Below, one piece after another: positions 42,256 through 54,919 of a stretch of 64,000 nt of DNA. The number at the start of each line of letters is the position of its first letter. The stretch's first letter is position 1. The translations under genes and the position numbers were made by a program. The stretch is from Nageia nagi (lineage: Eukaryota; Plantae; Pinophyta), in NCBI GenBank assembly GCA_050084985.1, contig JBITNC010000001.1:3224001-3288000 (forward strand), read 5' to 3'. The notes under the pieces are model-generated. The model saw nothing but the letters and a program-made list of their open reading frames with translations. It did not search any database and was not told the DNA's origin.

Positions 42256-42295
42256 TGCAAAACTAGTTTCGGCTCTATAAACCTCATCAGTTGCA
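42256..42295 (-). ncRNA. Minimal type I hammerhead ribozyme (intact core)
   Basis: Minus strand TGCAA CTGATGA GGTTT ATA GAGCC GAAAC TA GTT TTGCA. Stem I is TGCAA/TTGCA, followed by CUGAUGA, stem II, GAAAC, palindromic stem III ACUAGU and a GUU cleavage triplet. Confidence 0.85.
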
Positions 42296-43011
42296 ATGTG
42301 AAAATTACATTGAAATCTATTCATAAAGAAAGAGAGGAGAATGAAATGGTTCTTCCAAAATAAGAAAAATGTTTCAACTTTAGCTCTCACAAAAGATAAA
42401 AATGAGGTACACCTTTCACCTTCAACTCTATCCAAGTGAGACCACTTCCAAAATTAGAGAAAATAAAAAAAAACCTATAAATCTTCCATTTTAAGGAAAA
42501 AATTTCAAATTAAAATTATAAAACATATAATGTATTAAAATATTTATGCTAAATAATTTTAAATAATTAATTTTTAAACTATAGAATAGTTAAAAAATTA
42601 TATAATATAATTATAAAATTATAAAATATAATTAAAAAACTATTCAAAATAGTTAATTAATTAAAATAATCTATGTTGAATAATCAACAAGATTATTAAA
42701 ATTAAAAATAATTAAAACTATATAAAACTATATTTAAAATATAGTAAAATATGATTAAAATTATTAAAGATAATAATTAATTCATTAATTTAAAATAATT
42801 TAAATTATTAAAATGGTTAAATTTATAACTATAGAAATAGCTAAAATTATGAAAAACTAATGATTATTTTCTTAAAAAGTTAAGATTTTAAAGATTGCAA
42901 TACAAAATATTGTAAAATTTAAAAAAATTAAAAATTTAATAATAATAATCGATACTAAACCATAATTTTTATAAAAATTAGAAAAATTAAGACTTAATAT
43001 GAAGTAATTAA

Positions 43012-45210
43012 TTATTTTTGAAATCTACTTTTTATCATAAAAGACCTTAGTGTTCTAGGGTTTCGCTAGCAAATTAGAGGAGAGAGGATGCATTTTAGAG
43101 CTGGAACTTGTTGGCATCACTTGTGGAGTTTAGGGTTTAGGGTGACCCCCAAGTTTAAGTCCTTTACAGAATAGCTAAAGTCAAGCTTGAAGATGAGGGG
43201 GCTTCATTTACTCACTCTTGAAACTCTTAGAGGAAGAGAGAGTAGCTTTGTTTTGTCTCTCCATGAGACTTTACTAAAACATTGAAGTAGAAATCGATTT
43301 GGATAGCCTCTTACCCATAGTCTAAGGAAAAAATTCTTTTTAATATGAACAAAACTAGAAGGATATGATTCTCTCAATAGATATCTCCTCACCTCATTGA
43401 GGATAAAAGATATTTTGTAATGCAATGGATGACATGATCAGCATGGAATATACTGATATGCATTGAGTGGTTTCTAGAAGCATCTAGTGGAGAGAATCCT
43501 TGAAGCGATAAAGTCTGCACCTTTCAAGAATGTAATATCCAGAATGTCCATGATAGTCTGAGAAATGAATGGACTGATCTTTATCTTTGGATAGACACCT
43601 TCGTACTATGCAAGGAAGTCCTTCAACGAATCCAAGGAGCTTGTCCAAATGCCAAACACATCATCCATAAAGTGTTTCAAGAATAGGAGATTAGCATCAT
43701 CAATTTTTTGCAATACTTAGCTTTCCAAATGATAAAAGAATATGCAGATGTAAATAATAGTGAAATTGGAATCCATTGTTGTACCTTTGATTTGTTTATA
43801 GATTTCCCCATCGAATTCTAGCTAATGTTCAATCAAAAGTAATTCTGCCAGACCCATGATGAGCTCAAGCCAAGAAGCATTGAGTTCATTATCCACGATG
43901 AAGGTAGCAAGAGTACTATGAAGTGTGAAAAGGCTAATAAAAATGGGAATACTAGGGTACAATGACTCCACATCGAATGTGAAAGGCAAATAATTGGGTG
44001 GAGCTCTTACAGCAAAAACTTCAGGCAAGAGAAAAATGGAATCAACCAAATGCATTTTCTACTTCAAGAGTACTGGAAGTAATAAGCAATGAAGGAATTT
44101 TGATGCAAGTTCTAGAATGTAGCTAGAGTAGGAGCAAATTGGTCTTCCTACCAAAATTGGCTTGTGAATTTTGGGTAATAGAAAAAATGCGCATCGACGA
44201 CCTTTAGAAGGAAGGTTCTTGAGCAAAAAATTCTTGATTGGTTTAAGGAATTCAAAGTTACCAATGAAGAAATTTAACTTATTCTAGATTATTTGCCATG
44301 GAACCATAAGCATTTTAATTTAGAATATAGCATCTGATAGTTATCTTAAGCCTTTAACAATATATCAAGATCTATCTAGGATGCAAAGGCCTAGATTCTT
44401 ATCTACAGGCTTTATGATGATGGTGGTGTCTTTGTGTAGCAGCTTTAAAATCTTAAGAATCCATCATGGGAGAGAGGGACCTTAGTAAAAGAGCATTTAA
44501 AAAATACCTCTTTAAACTCCCTTTCACTCTTCAGAATAATGGCTTTCAAATCATGGTTCATCTCAAGCAGATTCCACATGGATTTTGAAATTCTGAAAAG
44601 GAAATACATAGTAGAATGGAAGTAATTTGATCCTAGAAGTTTGGCTTGGAGTGAGCTCTCCTTTAGGACCAAAATATGCATGTAGTCAAAGCTTTTGAAA
44701 AAAAATTCTGAATTCAATGTGCATACATTCCATGGTCATGGGTGGTGGCCATAGGATGAACTTCAATCCTAATCCAAGAAGCTTCTTGTCATCATAGCTA
44801 AGTTGCCTGCAAGAGAGATTATGGATAGTAGGATTAGTAATACTTAAATCAATATTAGTAGGAGTTTTTCTTGAGAAAAGGAAGAGTACAAAAAGCTTAG
44901 GATCAGCCACCACACCCCAAAGGTTTATGTGGAAGTGGAGGCATTTGTAGCTAGCTATGCATTGTTGGCATTCTTTAGAAAATGATGGCCATTCTTTCCA
45001 TGCTTCGAGTTCTCTAGTGCATTAGTTGGATGATGTGATGGTTTCTTTGCATTTTGGGTTGTTGGATTGCTTACCTTTGAGCCACTAGGTTGCTTAGCAA
45101 ATGGGGCAAGCTTATTCCCCTTGCAAAAATTACATTTTTCCTTGGAGGGCAATGGTCTAGAGATAGCTGAAATGGAGTTTCGAGGAGTTCCAGAGGTAAC
45201 CCCATTTTTT
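43012..45210 (-). pseudogene. PLE reverse transcriptase ORF2, unit 1 (no endonuclease)
   Basis: LLGLGLKFI..PPP, IIKP.DKNLG, FLLPKIHKPILVGRPIC, FTFDVESLYPSIP, QIKGT.MGS, F(M/V)DDVFGIW, FLRLWVRGYP. Ends ...MIKSRFQK-TAA at 43012. The 5' boundary is inferred. Confidence 0.88.
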
Positions 45211-46586
45211 GGTTGAGCTTGGTTCTACTTCCTAATTGCTTAATTTTTATTTGTATTATTGGTCTTCTTTTCCTTCTTTGTAGGTGCAGGAGTAGAAGAA
45301 TGGATCCCAATAAATCAACAAATTTCATTGATCTCCTTCTACAATGTTTATTGTAGGGATTGGAAATTCTTGTGGATGAGTTGTGCGATAGAAGCATCGA
45401 TAGGCATTCAATCTAATTCATCTTGGGTAGTATCCCTTGCATTTTGACAAGCAATAGTAGCTTACTCTTTAGCACTCTTTTTCAATGAATGTTGAACCAT
45501 CCAACTATTGTAATGCTCTCCAAATGAGGCTATAGAAGCATTGAACCATTCAATGTGAGACGCTAAGAATGAATCAATGAATGGCTGAGCCTTTACTGCA
45601 TCAAGAGCTTGTTACTCTTGTAATGGTAGATCTATGATTGGCTAAAGCCTTATCCATTATAATGATAAAACCTTCAAAGAATGCCTTATTTTCTTCATGT
45701 TGAATGCCCTCTAAGTGAGTCAATAGGAGAGCATTTCCTTCCTCATCGTTAATGGTAACTTTGGGATCTTTTACCATCAAACACTTCGAAAGAGTACCAT
45801 CATCCTTATGTTTGTACAATTTATTGATGTACTCAATTGACTATTTAGCTTGGAAAGAGCATCATTTAAATTCCTTAAAGGATGCAGAGATGAGAAAAGT
45901 AATGGGCATAGGAAACTTCTCAGCGGCTAGAGGAGGCGATGTTCTAATGCTATGAGATGGATGATCCACCATATTGATGTTGCCATCAGCATCATGTAGA
46001 GGGGAGTGAGGTTATTATGACTTACTTTGGTTGTGAGGTTCTTATGGATCATGGGTGGAATCTAGTTGGGCAACGATGGTGGTTATCCTTGCATTTAGTT
46101 GGGCAGAGTCATAGTTTGCTAGGGAGTGGCAACAAGATGAGTAGCAACATTTTGAAGTGGTGCAGTGACATGTTGGGGAGTAGATGGTGCCATGGTGGAA
46201 GAGGAAAAGGAATGAATGGCATGTTGGAGCTGAACTACTAGCATTTCAAACCTATCCATGGTGTGCTCTTCCATTTTTTTACAATAGTCATTGAGAGTAT
46301 AAAACTACTGATCCTTTACATCATCAATCACATTTAGACACTCTATCAACTGGTGTAATGCGCATTCCAAGTTTGCAATGGTGGAGGTTGCATACCTGCC
46401 TTGTTGGGGGTTGTCACAAATTAGGAGGCATGCCTACCCTTCCAATGAATGTGGTGTGGCCGTCTCAGCTATCTTTATTCTTGATTGCTTACTTGGGGGG
46501 AGTGGATTTCTATGTTGATCGTCATGAGGAATAGAATTCCTAGACTCAATTCAAGAGATGATCTATTATTGTTGATTATTGGCCAT
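44925..46586 (-). pseudogene. PLE ORF1, unit 1 (~550 codons; helical/coiled-coil-like with basic C-terminal part)
   Basis: Conserved start ATGGCCAA(T/C)AATCAACAA (MANNQQ) ~125 nt after the hammerhead cleavage site. Conserved core HKDDGTLSKCLMVK.PKVTINDEEGNALL in every copy covering this region. Confidence 0.65.
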
Positions 46587-46708
46587 CGTGAAGAGAAGAT
46601 AAAATTTAAGTTTTATAAAAATTTACCAAATCACTAGCAGCTTACAATTCAAACAAGAGACAAATTTCAAAAAATTTACAATTTTGCAATTACAAATATC
46701 ACAATCTA

Positions 46709-46748
46709 TGCAAAACTTATTTTGGCTCTGTAAGGCTCATCAGTTGCA
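46709..46748 (-). ncRNA. Hammerhead ribozyme copy (GAAA mutated to AAAA)
   Basis: TGCAA CTGATGA GCCTTACAGAGCC AAAAT AAGTT TTGCA. Confidence 0.7.
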
Positions 46749-47426
46749 TTGTGAAAATTATATTAAAATCTGTTCATAAATAAGAGAGAAGAGTGAAACG
46801 ATTCTTTCAAAATGAGAAAAATGCTTCAACTTTAGCTCTCACAAAAGATGAAAATGAGGTACATCTTTCACCTTCAACTCCATCCAAGTGAAACCACTTC
46901 TAAAATTAGAGAAAGCAAAAAACTATAGATCTTTCATTTTAAGGAAAAGATTTCAAATTAAAATTATAAAACATATAATGTATTAAAACATTTATGTTAA
47001 ATAATTTTAAATAATTATTTTTTAAACTATAGAATAGTTAAAAAATTATATAATATAATTAAAAAACTATAAAATATAATTAAAAAACTATTCAAAATAA
47101 TTAATTAATTAAAATAATTTATGTTGAATAATCAACAAGATTATTAAAATTAAAAATAATTAAAACTATATTTAAAATATAGTAAAATATAGTTAAAATT
47201 ATTAAAGATAATAATTAATTCATTAATTTAAAATAATTTAAACTGTTAAAATGGTTAAATTTATAACTATAGAAATAGTTAAAATTATTAAAAACTAATG
47301 ATTATTTTTTTAAAAAGTTAAGATTTTAAAGATTGCAAAATTTACAAAATTTAATAATAATAATCAATACTAAACCATAATTTTTCTAAAAATTAGAAAA
47401 ATTAAGACTTAATATGAATTAATTAA

Positions 47427-49610
47427 TTATTTTTGAAATCTACTTTTTATCATGAAAGACCCTAGTTTTCTAGGGTTTTGCTAGCAAATCAGAGGAGAGG
47501 GGATGCATTTTAAAGCTAGAACTTGTTGGCATCACTTGTGGAGTTTAGGGTTTAGGTTGACCCCTAAGTTCAAGTCCTTTACAAAATAGCTAAAGTCAAG
47601 CTTGAAGATGAGGGGGGTTCATTTGCTCACTCTTGAAACTCTTAGAGGAAGAGAGAGCAGCTCTATTTTATCTTCCCATGAGAATTTGCTGAAACATTGA
47701 AGCAAAAATTGATTTGAATAGCCTCTTACCCATAATCTAAAGAAAAAATTCTTTTTGATATGAAGAAAACTAGAAGGATCTAATTCTCTTAGTAGATATC
47801 TCCTCAACTCATTGATGATAAAAGATCTTTACTGATGCAATGGATGCCACAATCGGTATGGAATATACTGGTATGCATTGAGTGGTTTCTGAAAGCATCT
47901 GGTGGAGAGAATCCTTGAAGTGATAAAGTCTACACCTTTGAAGAATGTAATATTTAGAATGTCCATGGTATTCTGAGAAATGCATGGAGTGATCTTTATC
48001 TCCAAATAGATGCCTTTGTACTATGCAAGGAAGTCCTTCAGCAAATCCTGGAAGCTTGTCCAAATGCCAAATGCATCATCCATAAAACATTTGAAGAATA
48101 TGAGATTAGCATCATTAATTTTTTGCAATACCTAGCTTTCTAGATGATAGAGGAATATGCAAGTGTAAATAATAGCAAAATTGGAACCCATTATTGTACC
48201 TCTAATTTATTTGTATATTTCCCCATTGAATTCTAGGTAATGTTCAATCAAAACCAATTCTACCAGACCCATGATGAGCTCAAGCCAAGAAGCATTAAGT
48301 TCATTATCTACGATGAAGGCAACAAGAGTACTACAAAGTGTGAAGAGGCTAGCAAAAATAGGAATACTGGGGTACAATGACTCCACATTGAATGTAAAAA
48401 GCAAACAATCAAATGGAGCTCTTATAGCAAAAACTTCGCACAAGAGGGAAATGGAATCAACAAAATGTGTTTTCTACTTCAGGAGTACAAGAAGTAATAA
48501 GTAATGAAGGAGTTTTGATGCAATTTTTAGAATGTAGCCAAAGTAGGAGCAAATTGGTCTTCCTACCAAAATTGGCTTGTGAATTTTGGGTAATAGAAAA
48601 AATGTGCATGGATGACGTTTAGAAGGAAGGTTCTTGAGTAAGAAATTCTTGATTGGTTTAAGGAATTCAAAGTTACCAATGAAGAAATTTAACTTGTTCT
48701 AGATTATGCTCCATGGAACCTTAGGCATTTTAATGTAGATTGCAGCATATAATAGTTGTCTTAAGCCTTCAGCAGTATACTAGGATCTGTCTAGGATGCA
48801 AAGGCTTAGATTTTATCTGCAAAATTTATGATGATGGTGGTGTCTTTGTGTAGCAGCTTTAAACTCTTAAGAAGCCATAATGGGAGAGAGGGGAGCTTGG
48901 TAAAAGAGCATTTAGAAAATGCCTCTTTAAACTCCCTTTCACCCTTTATAATAATGGCTTCCAAATCATGGTTCATCTCAAGTGAGTTCAACATAGATTT
49001 TGGAATTTTGAAAGGAAAGACACCATAGAATGGAAGTAATTCAATCCTAGATGTTTGGCTTGGATTGGGCTCTCCTTCAGAGCTAAAATATGCATGTAGT
49101 TAGACCTTTAGATAGAAAATTCTGAATTCAATGTGCATAGCTTCCATGGTCATGGGTGGTGGCTGCATGATGAACTTCAATCCTAGTCCAAGAAGCTTCT
49201 TGTCATCATAGTTGAGTTTCTTGCAAGAGAGATTGTGGATAGCAGGATTAGTTATCCTCAAATCAATATCAGTAGGAGTTTTTCTTGAGAAAAGGATGAG
49301 AGCAAAAAGCTTGGGATCGACCACCATGCCCAAGAGGTTTATGTGGAAGTAGGGGCATTTGCATATGGTTGTCATTATTGGCTTTCTTTTGAAAATGGTG
49401 GCCATTCTTTCCATGCTTTGAGTTCATTGGTGCATTGGTTTCTTTGCATTTTTGGTTGCTATATTGCTTCCCTTTGAGCCACCAAGTTGCCCAGTAGATG
49501 GGGTAGGATTCTTCCCCTTATGGGAATTACATTTTGCCTTGGAGGGAAACAATCCAGAGATAGCTAAAATGGAGTTCTAGGGAGGAATTCCAAAGGTAAC
49601 CCCATTTTTT
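47427..49610 (-). pseudogene. PLE RT ORF2, unit 2
   Basis: Same motifs as unit 1 (ORF fragments 47619, 48207, 48806, 49100). Confidence 0.88.
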
Positions 49611-51021
49611 GGTTGAGTTTGGTTCTACTTGCTAGTTGCTCAATTTTTCTTTGTATTGTTGGTCTTATTTTTCTTCTTTATAAATGTAGCAGTAGAAGAA
49701 TGGATCCTAGCAAATCTATGAATTTCATTGATCTCCTTCTGTAATGTTTGTTACAAAGATAAAAAATTCTTGTGGATGAGTTGTATGATAGAAGCATCGA
49801 TGGGCATTTGCTTCATCTTGGGTAGCATCTCTTACATCTTGACAAGTAGCAGTAGCTTGCTCTTTGGCACTTTTTTTTAATGAATGTTGAACCATCCAAT
49901 TATTGCAACACTCTCCAAATGAAGCTATAGTAGCATTAAACCATTCAATGTGTGGCATTGAAAATGAATCAATGAATGGTTGAGCCTTTACTACATCAAT
50001 AGCTTCTATCAAGATGGTTTTGAAGGAGCTTGTTACTATTGCAATGGTAGATCTATGATTGGTCAAAGCCTTTTCCATTGTAGTGATAAATCCTTCAAGG
50101 AATACTTTATTTACTGCACATTGAACACCCTCCAAGTGATTCGCTAGGAGAACATTTCCTTCCTCATTGTTAATGGTAACTTTGGGAGCTTTTACCATCA
50201 AACACTTTGAAAGAGTACCATCATCCTTATGTTTGCATAATTTATTGATGTACTCAATAGACCATTCAACCTACAAAGAGTATCATTTAAATTCCTCAAA
50301 AGATGTGGAGATGAGAGAAGTAATGGGCATAGGAAGCTTCTCAACAACTGGAGGAAGCAATGTTACAATGCTATGAGATGGATGATCCACCATCTCAATA
50401 TTGCCATCAACATCGCATAGAAGTGAGCAAGGTTCTTATGGCTTACTTTGGCTATGAGGTTCTTATGGGTCATAGGTGTAATCTGGTTGGGTGATGATGG
50501 TGGTTGTCCTTGCATTTAGCTGGTCAAAGGTGGTGGTCATCATCATAGTTTGCTAGGGAGCAGTGACATGATGAGTAGCAATGTTTTGAAGTGGTGTAGT
50601 GGTGTATTGGGGAGCAGATGGTGTTGTGGTGAAAGAGGAAAAGGAATGAATGGCATGCTAGAGCTAAAATGCTAGCATTTCAAACCTATCCATGGTGTGC
50701 TATTCCATTTTTTCATAGCAATCATCGAGAGTATAAAACTATTGATTCGTTGCATCGTCAATCACATTTAGATGCTTCATCAGCTAGTGTAACGCTCATT
50801 CCAAATTAGTGATGGTGGAGGTTTCATAGCCACCATGTTGGGGGTTGTCACAAATCATGAGGCATGCCTACCCTTCCAAAGAATGTGGTGTAGCCATCTT
50901 AGCTATCTCTGTTCTCGATCTTGCTTACTTGGAGGAGCAGATTTCTATGTTGATCACCATGAGGAATAGAGTTCCCAGAATCAGTTCGAGGGATGATCTG
51001 TTGTTGTTGATTATTGGCCAT
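49339..51021 (-). pseudogene. PLE ORF1, unit 2
   Basis: ORF fragments 49725-50201 and 50899-51108 (MANNQQQQIIPRTDSGNSIPHGDQHRN). Confidence 0.65.
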
Positions 51022-51146
51022 CATGAAGAGAAGATAAAATTTAAGTTTTATAAAAATTTTCCAAATCATTGGCAACTTACAATTCAAACAATGAGAGACA
51101 AATTTCAAAAAATTTGTAATTTTTCAATTACAAATATCACAATCTA

Positions 51147-51186
51147 TGCAAAATAAGTTTCAACTCTATAAGCCTCATCAGTTGGA
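51147..51186 (-). ncRNA. Hammerhead ribozyme copy (core kept, stems diverged)
   Basis: TCCAA CTGATGA GGCTTATAGAGTT GAAAC TTATT TTGCA. Confidence 0.7.
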
Positions 51187-51848
51187 TTATGAAAATTATA
51201 TTGAAATTTATTCATAAATAAGAGAGGAGAGTGAAACGATTCTTCCAAAATGAGAAAAATGCTTCGACTTCAACTCTCACAAAGGACGAAAATGAGGTAC
51301 ACCTTCAACTCCATCCAAGCGAAACCACTTCCAAAATTGGGGAAAACAAAAAAATTGTAGGTCTTCCATTTTAAGGAAAAGATTTCAAATTAAAATTTTA
51401 AAATATATAATGTATTAAAACATTTATATTAAATAATTTTAAAGAATTAATTTTTTAAACTATTGAATAATTAAAAAATTATATAATATAGTTAAAAACT
51501 ATAAAATATAATTAAAAAACTATTCAAAATAATTAATTAATTAAAATAATCTATGTTGAATAATCAACAAGATTATTAAAATTAAAAATAATTAAAACTA
51601 TATTTAAAATTATTAAAGATAATAATTAATTCATTAATTTAAAATAATTTAAACTATTAAAATAATTAAATTTATAACTATAGAAATAGTTAAAATTATT
51701 AAAAACTAATGATTTTTTTTAAAAAGTTAAGATTTTAAAGATTGCAATATAAAATATTGCAAAATTTAAAAAATTAACAATTTAATAATAATAATCGATA
51801 CTAAGCCATAATTTTTAAAAAAATTAAGACTTAATATGAATTAATTAA

Positions 51849-53496
51849 TTATTTTTGAAATCTTCTTTTTATCTTGAAAGACCTAGTTTTCTAAGATTTT
51901 GCCAACAAATCAAAAGAGGGGGGATGCATTTCAGAGTCAAAACTTGTTGGCATCAGCTGTGGAATTTAGGGTTTAGCATGACCTCCAAGTTCAAGTCCCT
52001 TACAGAAGAGCTAAAGTCAAGCTTGAAGATAAGGGGGTCCATTTGCTCACTCTTCGAACTCTTAGGGGAAGAGAGAGCAACTCTATTTTGTCTCCACATG
52101 AGACTTTCCTAAAACATTGAAGCAAAAATCTATTTGGATAGCCTCTTACCCACAATTTGAAGAAAAAATTCTTTTTAAGATGAAGAAAACTAGAAGGATC
52201 CGATTCTCTCAATAGATATGTCCTCAAGTCATTGATGGCAAAAGATCTTTTCTAATGCAGTGGATGCCACGATCGGTATGGAATATACTAGTATGTGTTG
52301 AGTGGTCTTTGGAAGCATCTAGTGGAGAGAATCCATGAAGCAGCAAAGTTTGCACCTTTGAAGAATGTAATATCCAAAATGTCCATGGTAGTCTGAGAAA
52401 TGCATGGAGTGATCTTTATCTTTGAATAGATGCCTTCCTACTATGCAAGGAAGTCCTTCAACAAATCCAGGGAGCTTGTCCAAATGCCAAACACATCATC
52501 CACAAAGCATTTGAAGAACAGGAGATTAGCATCATCAATTTTTTGCAATACCTGGCTTTCTAGATGATAAAGGAATATGCAACCATAAAAATAGTGAAAT
52601 TGGAACCCATTGCTATACCTATAGTTTTTTTGTAAATTTTCCCATCGAATTTTAGGTAATGTTTAGTCAAAACCAATTCTGCCAGACCCATGATGAGCTC
52701 AAGCCAAGAAGCATTGAGTTCATTATCCATGATGAAGGTAGCAAGAGTTCTATAAAGTGCAAAGAGGCTAGCATAAATAGGAATACTAGGGTATAATGAC
52801 TCCACATTGAATGTGAAAAGTAAATAATTCAGTGGAGCTCTTATAGCAAAAACTTTATGAAAGAGGGAAATGGAATTTTGGAAGGAAAGACACCATAGAA
52901 TGGAAGTAATTCAATCTTTGATGTTTGGCTTGGATTGGGCTCTCCTTCAGAACCAAAATATGCACATAGTCAGAGCTTTTGATAGAAAATTTTGAATTCA
53001 ATGTGCATAGCTTTCATGGTCATGGGTGGTGGTTGCATGATGAAAACCAATCCTAGTCCAAGAAGCTTCTTATCATCATAGCTAAGTTTCCTACAAGAGA
53101 GATTATGGATAGCAAGATTAGTGATCCTCAAATCAATGTCAATAGGAGTTTTTCTTGAGAAAAGGATGAGTGCAAAAAGCTTAGGATCAACCACCACACC
53201 CCAAAGGTTTATGCATAAGCAGGGGTGTTTGCAGATTGCTATGCATTACCAACTTCCTTCTAAAAATGGCAACCATTCTTTCCATGCTTTGAGTTCTCTG
53301 GTGCCTTGGTTGGATGATGTTGTGGTTTCTTTGCATTTTGGGTTATTATATTGCTTCCCTTTGAGCCACCAAGTTGCCCAGCATATTGGATAGGATTCTT
53401 CCCCTTGTAGAAATTACATTTTTCCTTAGAGGGAAATGGTCCAAAGATAGCTGAAATGGAGTTCCCGGGAGGAGTTTCAGAGGTAACCCTATTTTT
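51849..53496 (-). pseudogene. PLE RT ORF2, unit 3, with ~550-bp internal deletion
   Basis: The junction at ~52871 (GGGAAA-TGGAAT-TTTG) removes the ADK and PKIHK/GRPI motifs. Confidence 0.85.
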
Positions 53497-54905
53497 AGTT
53501 GAGTTTGGTTCTGCTTGCTAATTGTTGGTTTTTCTTTGTATTTTTGGTCTTCTTTTCTTCTTTATAGGTGTAGGAGCAGAAGAATGGATCCCAAAAAATC
53601 TATTAATTTCATTAATCTTCTTCTATAATGTTTATTTCAAGGATTTGAAATTCTTGTGGATGAGTTATGCGATAAAAGCATTGATGGGCATCCAATCTGC
53701 TTCATCTTAGGTAGCATCTCTTTCATCTTTATGAGCAGTAATAGCTTGCTCTTTGGCACTTTTTTTCAATTAATTTTGAACCATCCAATTGTTGCAATGC
53801 TCTCTAAATGAAGCTATAGTGGCAATGAACCATTCAATGTGAGGCACTGAGAATGAATCAATGAATGGCTAAGCCTTTACTGCATCAATAGCTTTTATCA
53901 AGATGGTTTTAAAGGAGCTTGTAACTGTTGCAATGGTAGATCTATGATTAGTCAAATCCTTCTCCATTGCAGTGATAAAGCCTTCAAGGAATGCCTTATT
54001 TGCCTCACATTGAACGCCCTCTAAGTGAGTCACCAATAGAGCATTTACTTCGTCATCATTAATGGTAACTTTGAGAGCTTTTACCATTGAACACTTTGAA
54101 AGAGTACCATCACCCTTATGTTTGAATAATTTATTGATGTACTCGATGGATTGTTCAACCTATAGAGAGCATCATTTAAATTCCTTAAAGGATGTGGAGA
54201 TGAGTGAAGTATTGGGCATAGGAAACTTCTTAGCAATTGGAGGAGGCAATGTTCTAGCATTATGAGATGGATGATCCACCATCTTGATGTTGCCATCAAC
54301 ATCGATAGAGGGGAGTGAGGTTCTTGTGGCTTGCTTTGGTTGTGAGGTTCTTATGGCTCATAGGTGAAATTTAGCTAGGTAATGGTGGTGGTTGTACTTG
54401 CATTTAGCTAGGTAGAGGTGGTGGTCATCATCGTAGTTTGCTAGGGAGTGGCAACATGATGAGTAGCAACATTTTGAAGTGGTGCAATGACATGTTGTGG
54501 AGTAGATGGTGCCATGGTGGAAGAGGAAAAGGAATGAATGGTATGTTGGAGCTGAACTACTAGCATTTCAAACCTATCCATGGTGTGCTCTTCCATTTTG
54601 TCATAGAATTCATCGAGAGTATAAAACTGCTGATCGATGCATCATTTAATCACATTTAGATGCTCTATCAACTGGTGTAATGCTCATTCCAAGTTAGGAT
54701 GGTGGAGGTTGTATACCCACCTTTTGGGGGTAGTCACAAATCACAAGGCATTCCTACCCTTCCAATGAATGTGGTGTGGCCATCTCATCTATCTCTATTC
54801 TTGATTGCTTACTTAGGGGGAGCAGATTTCTATGTTGATCACCATGAGGAATAGAGTTCCCAGGCTCAATTTAGGGATCATCTGTTGTTGTTGATTGTTG
54901 GCCAT
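53209..54905 (-). pseudogene. PLE ORF1, unit 3
   Basis: Homologous to other copies (ORF fragment 53869-54087). Confidence 0.65.
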
Positions 54906-54919
54906 CATGAAGAGAAGAT

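Noticed and set aside
43117-43119. Selenocysteine recoding of the conserved TGA
   Set aside because: Land plants lack the Sec machinery and no SECIS was recognised in the AT-rich UTR.
43012-45210. Telomerase (TERT) gene or bacterial-type RT (retron, group II intron)
   Set aside because: There are no visible TERT N-terminal/T-motif domains or introns. The motifs (GL.F.P, ADK, PKIHK..GRPI, GTAMG, RGYP), tandem layout and hammerheads are diagnostic of PLEs.
51270-51335. Second hammerhead suggested by GGACGAAA on the plus strand
   Set aside because: No upstream CUGANGA or matching stems were found.
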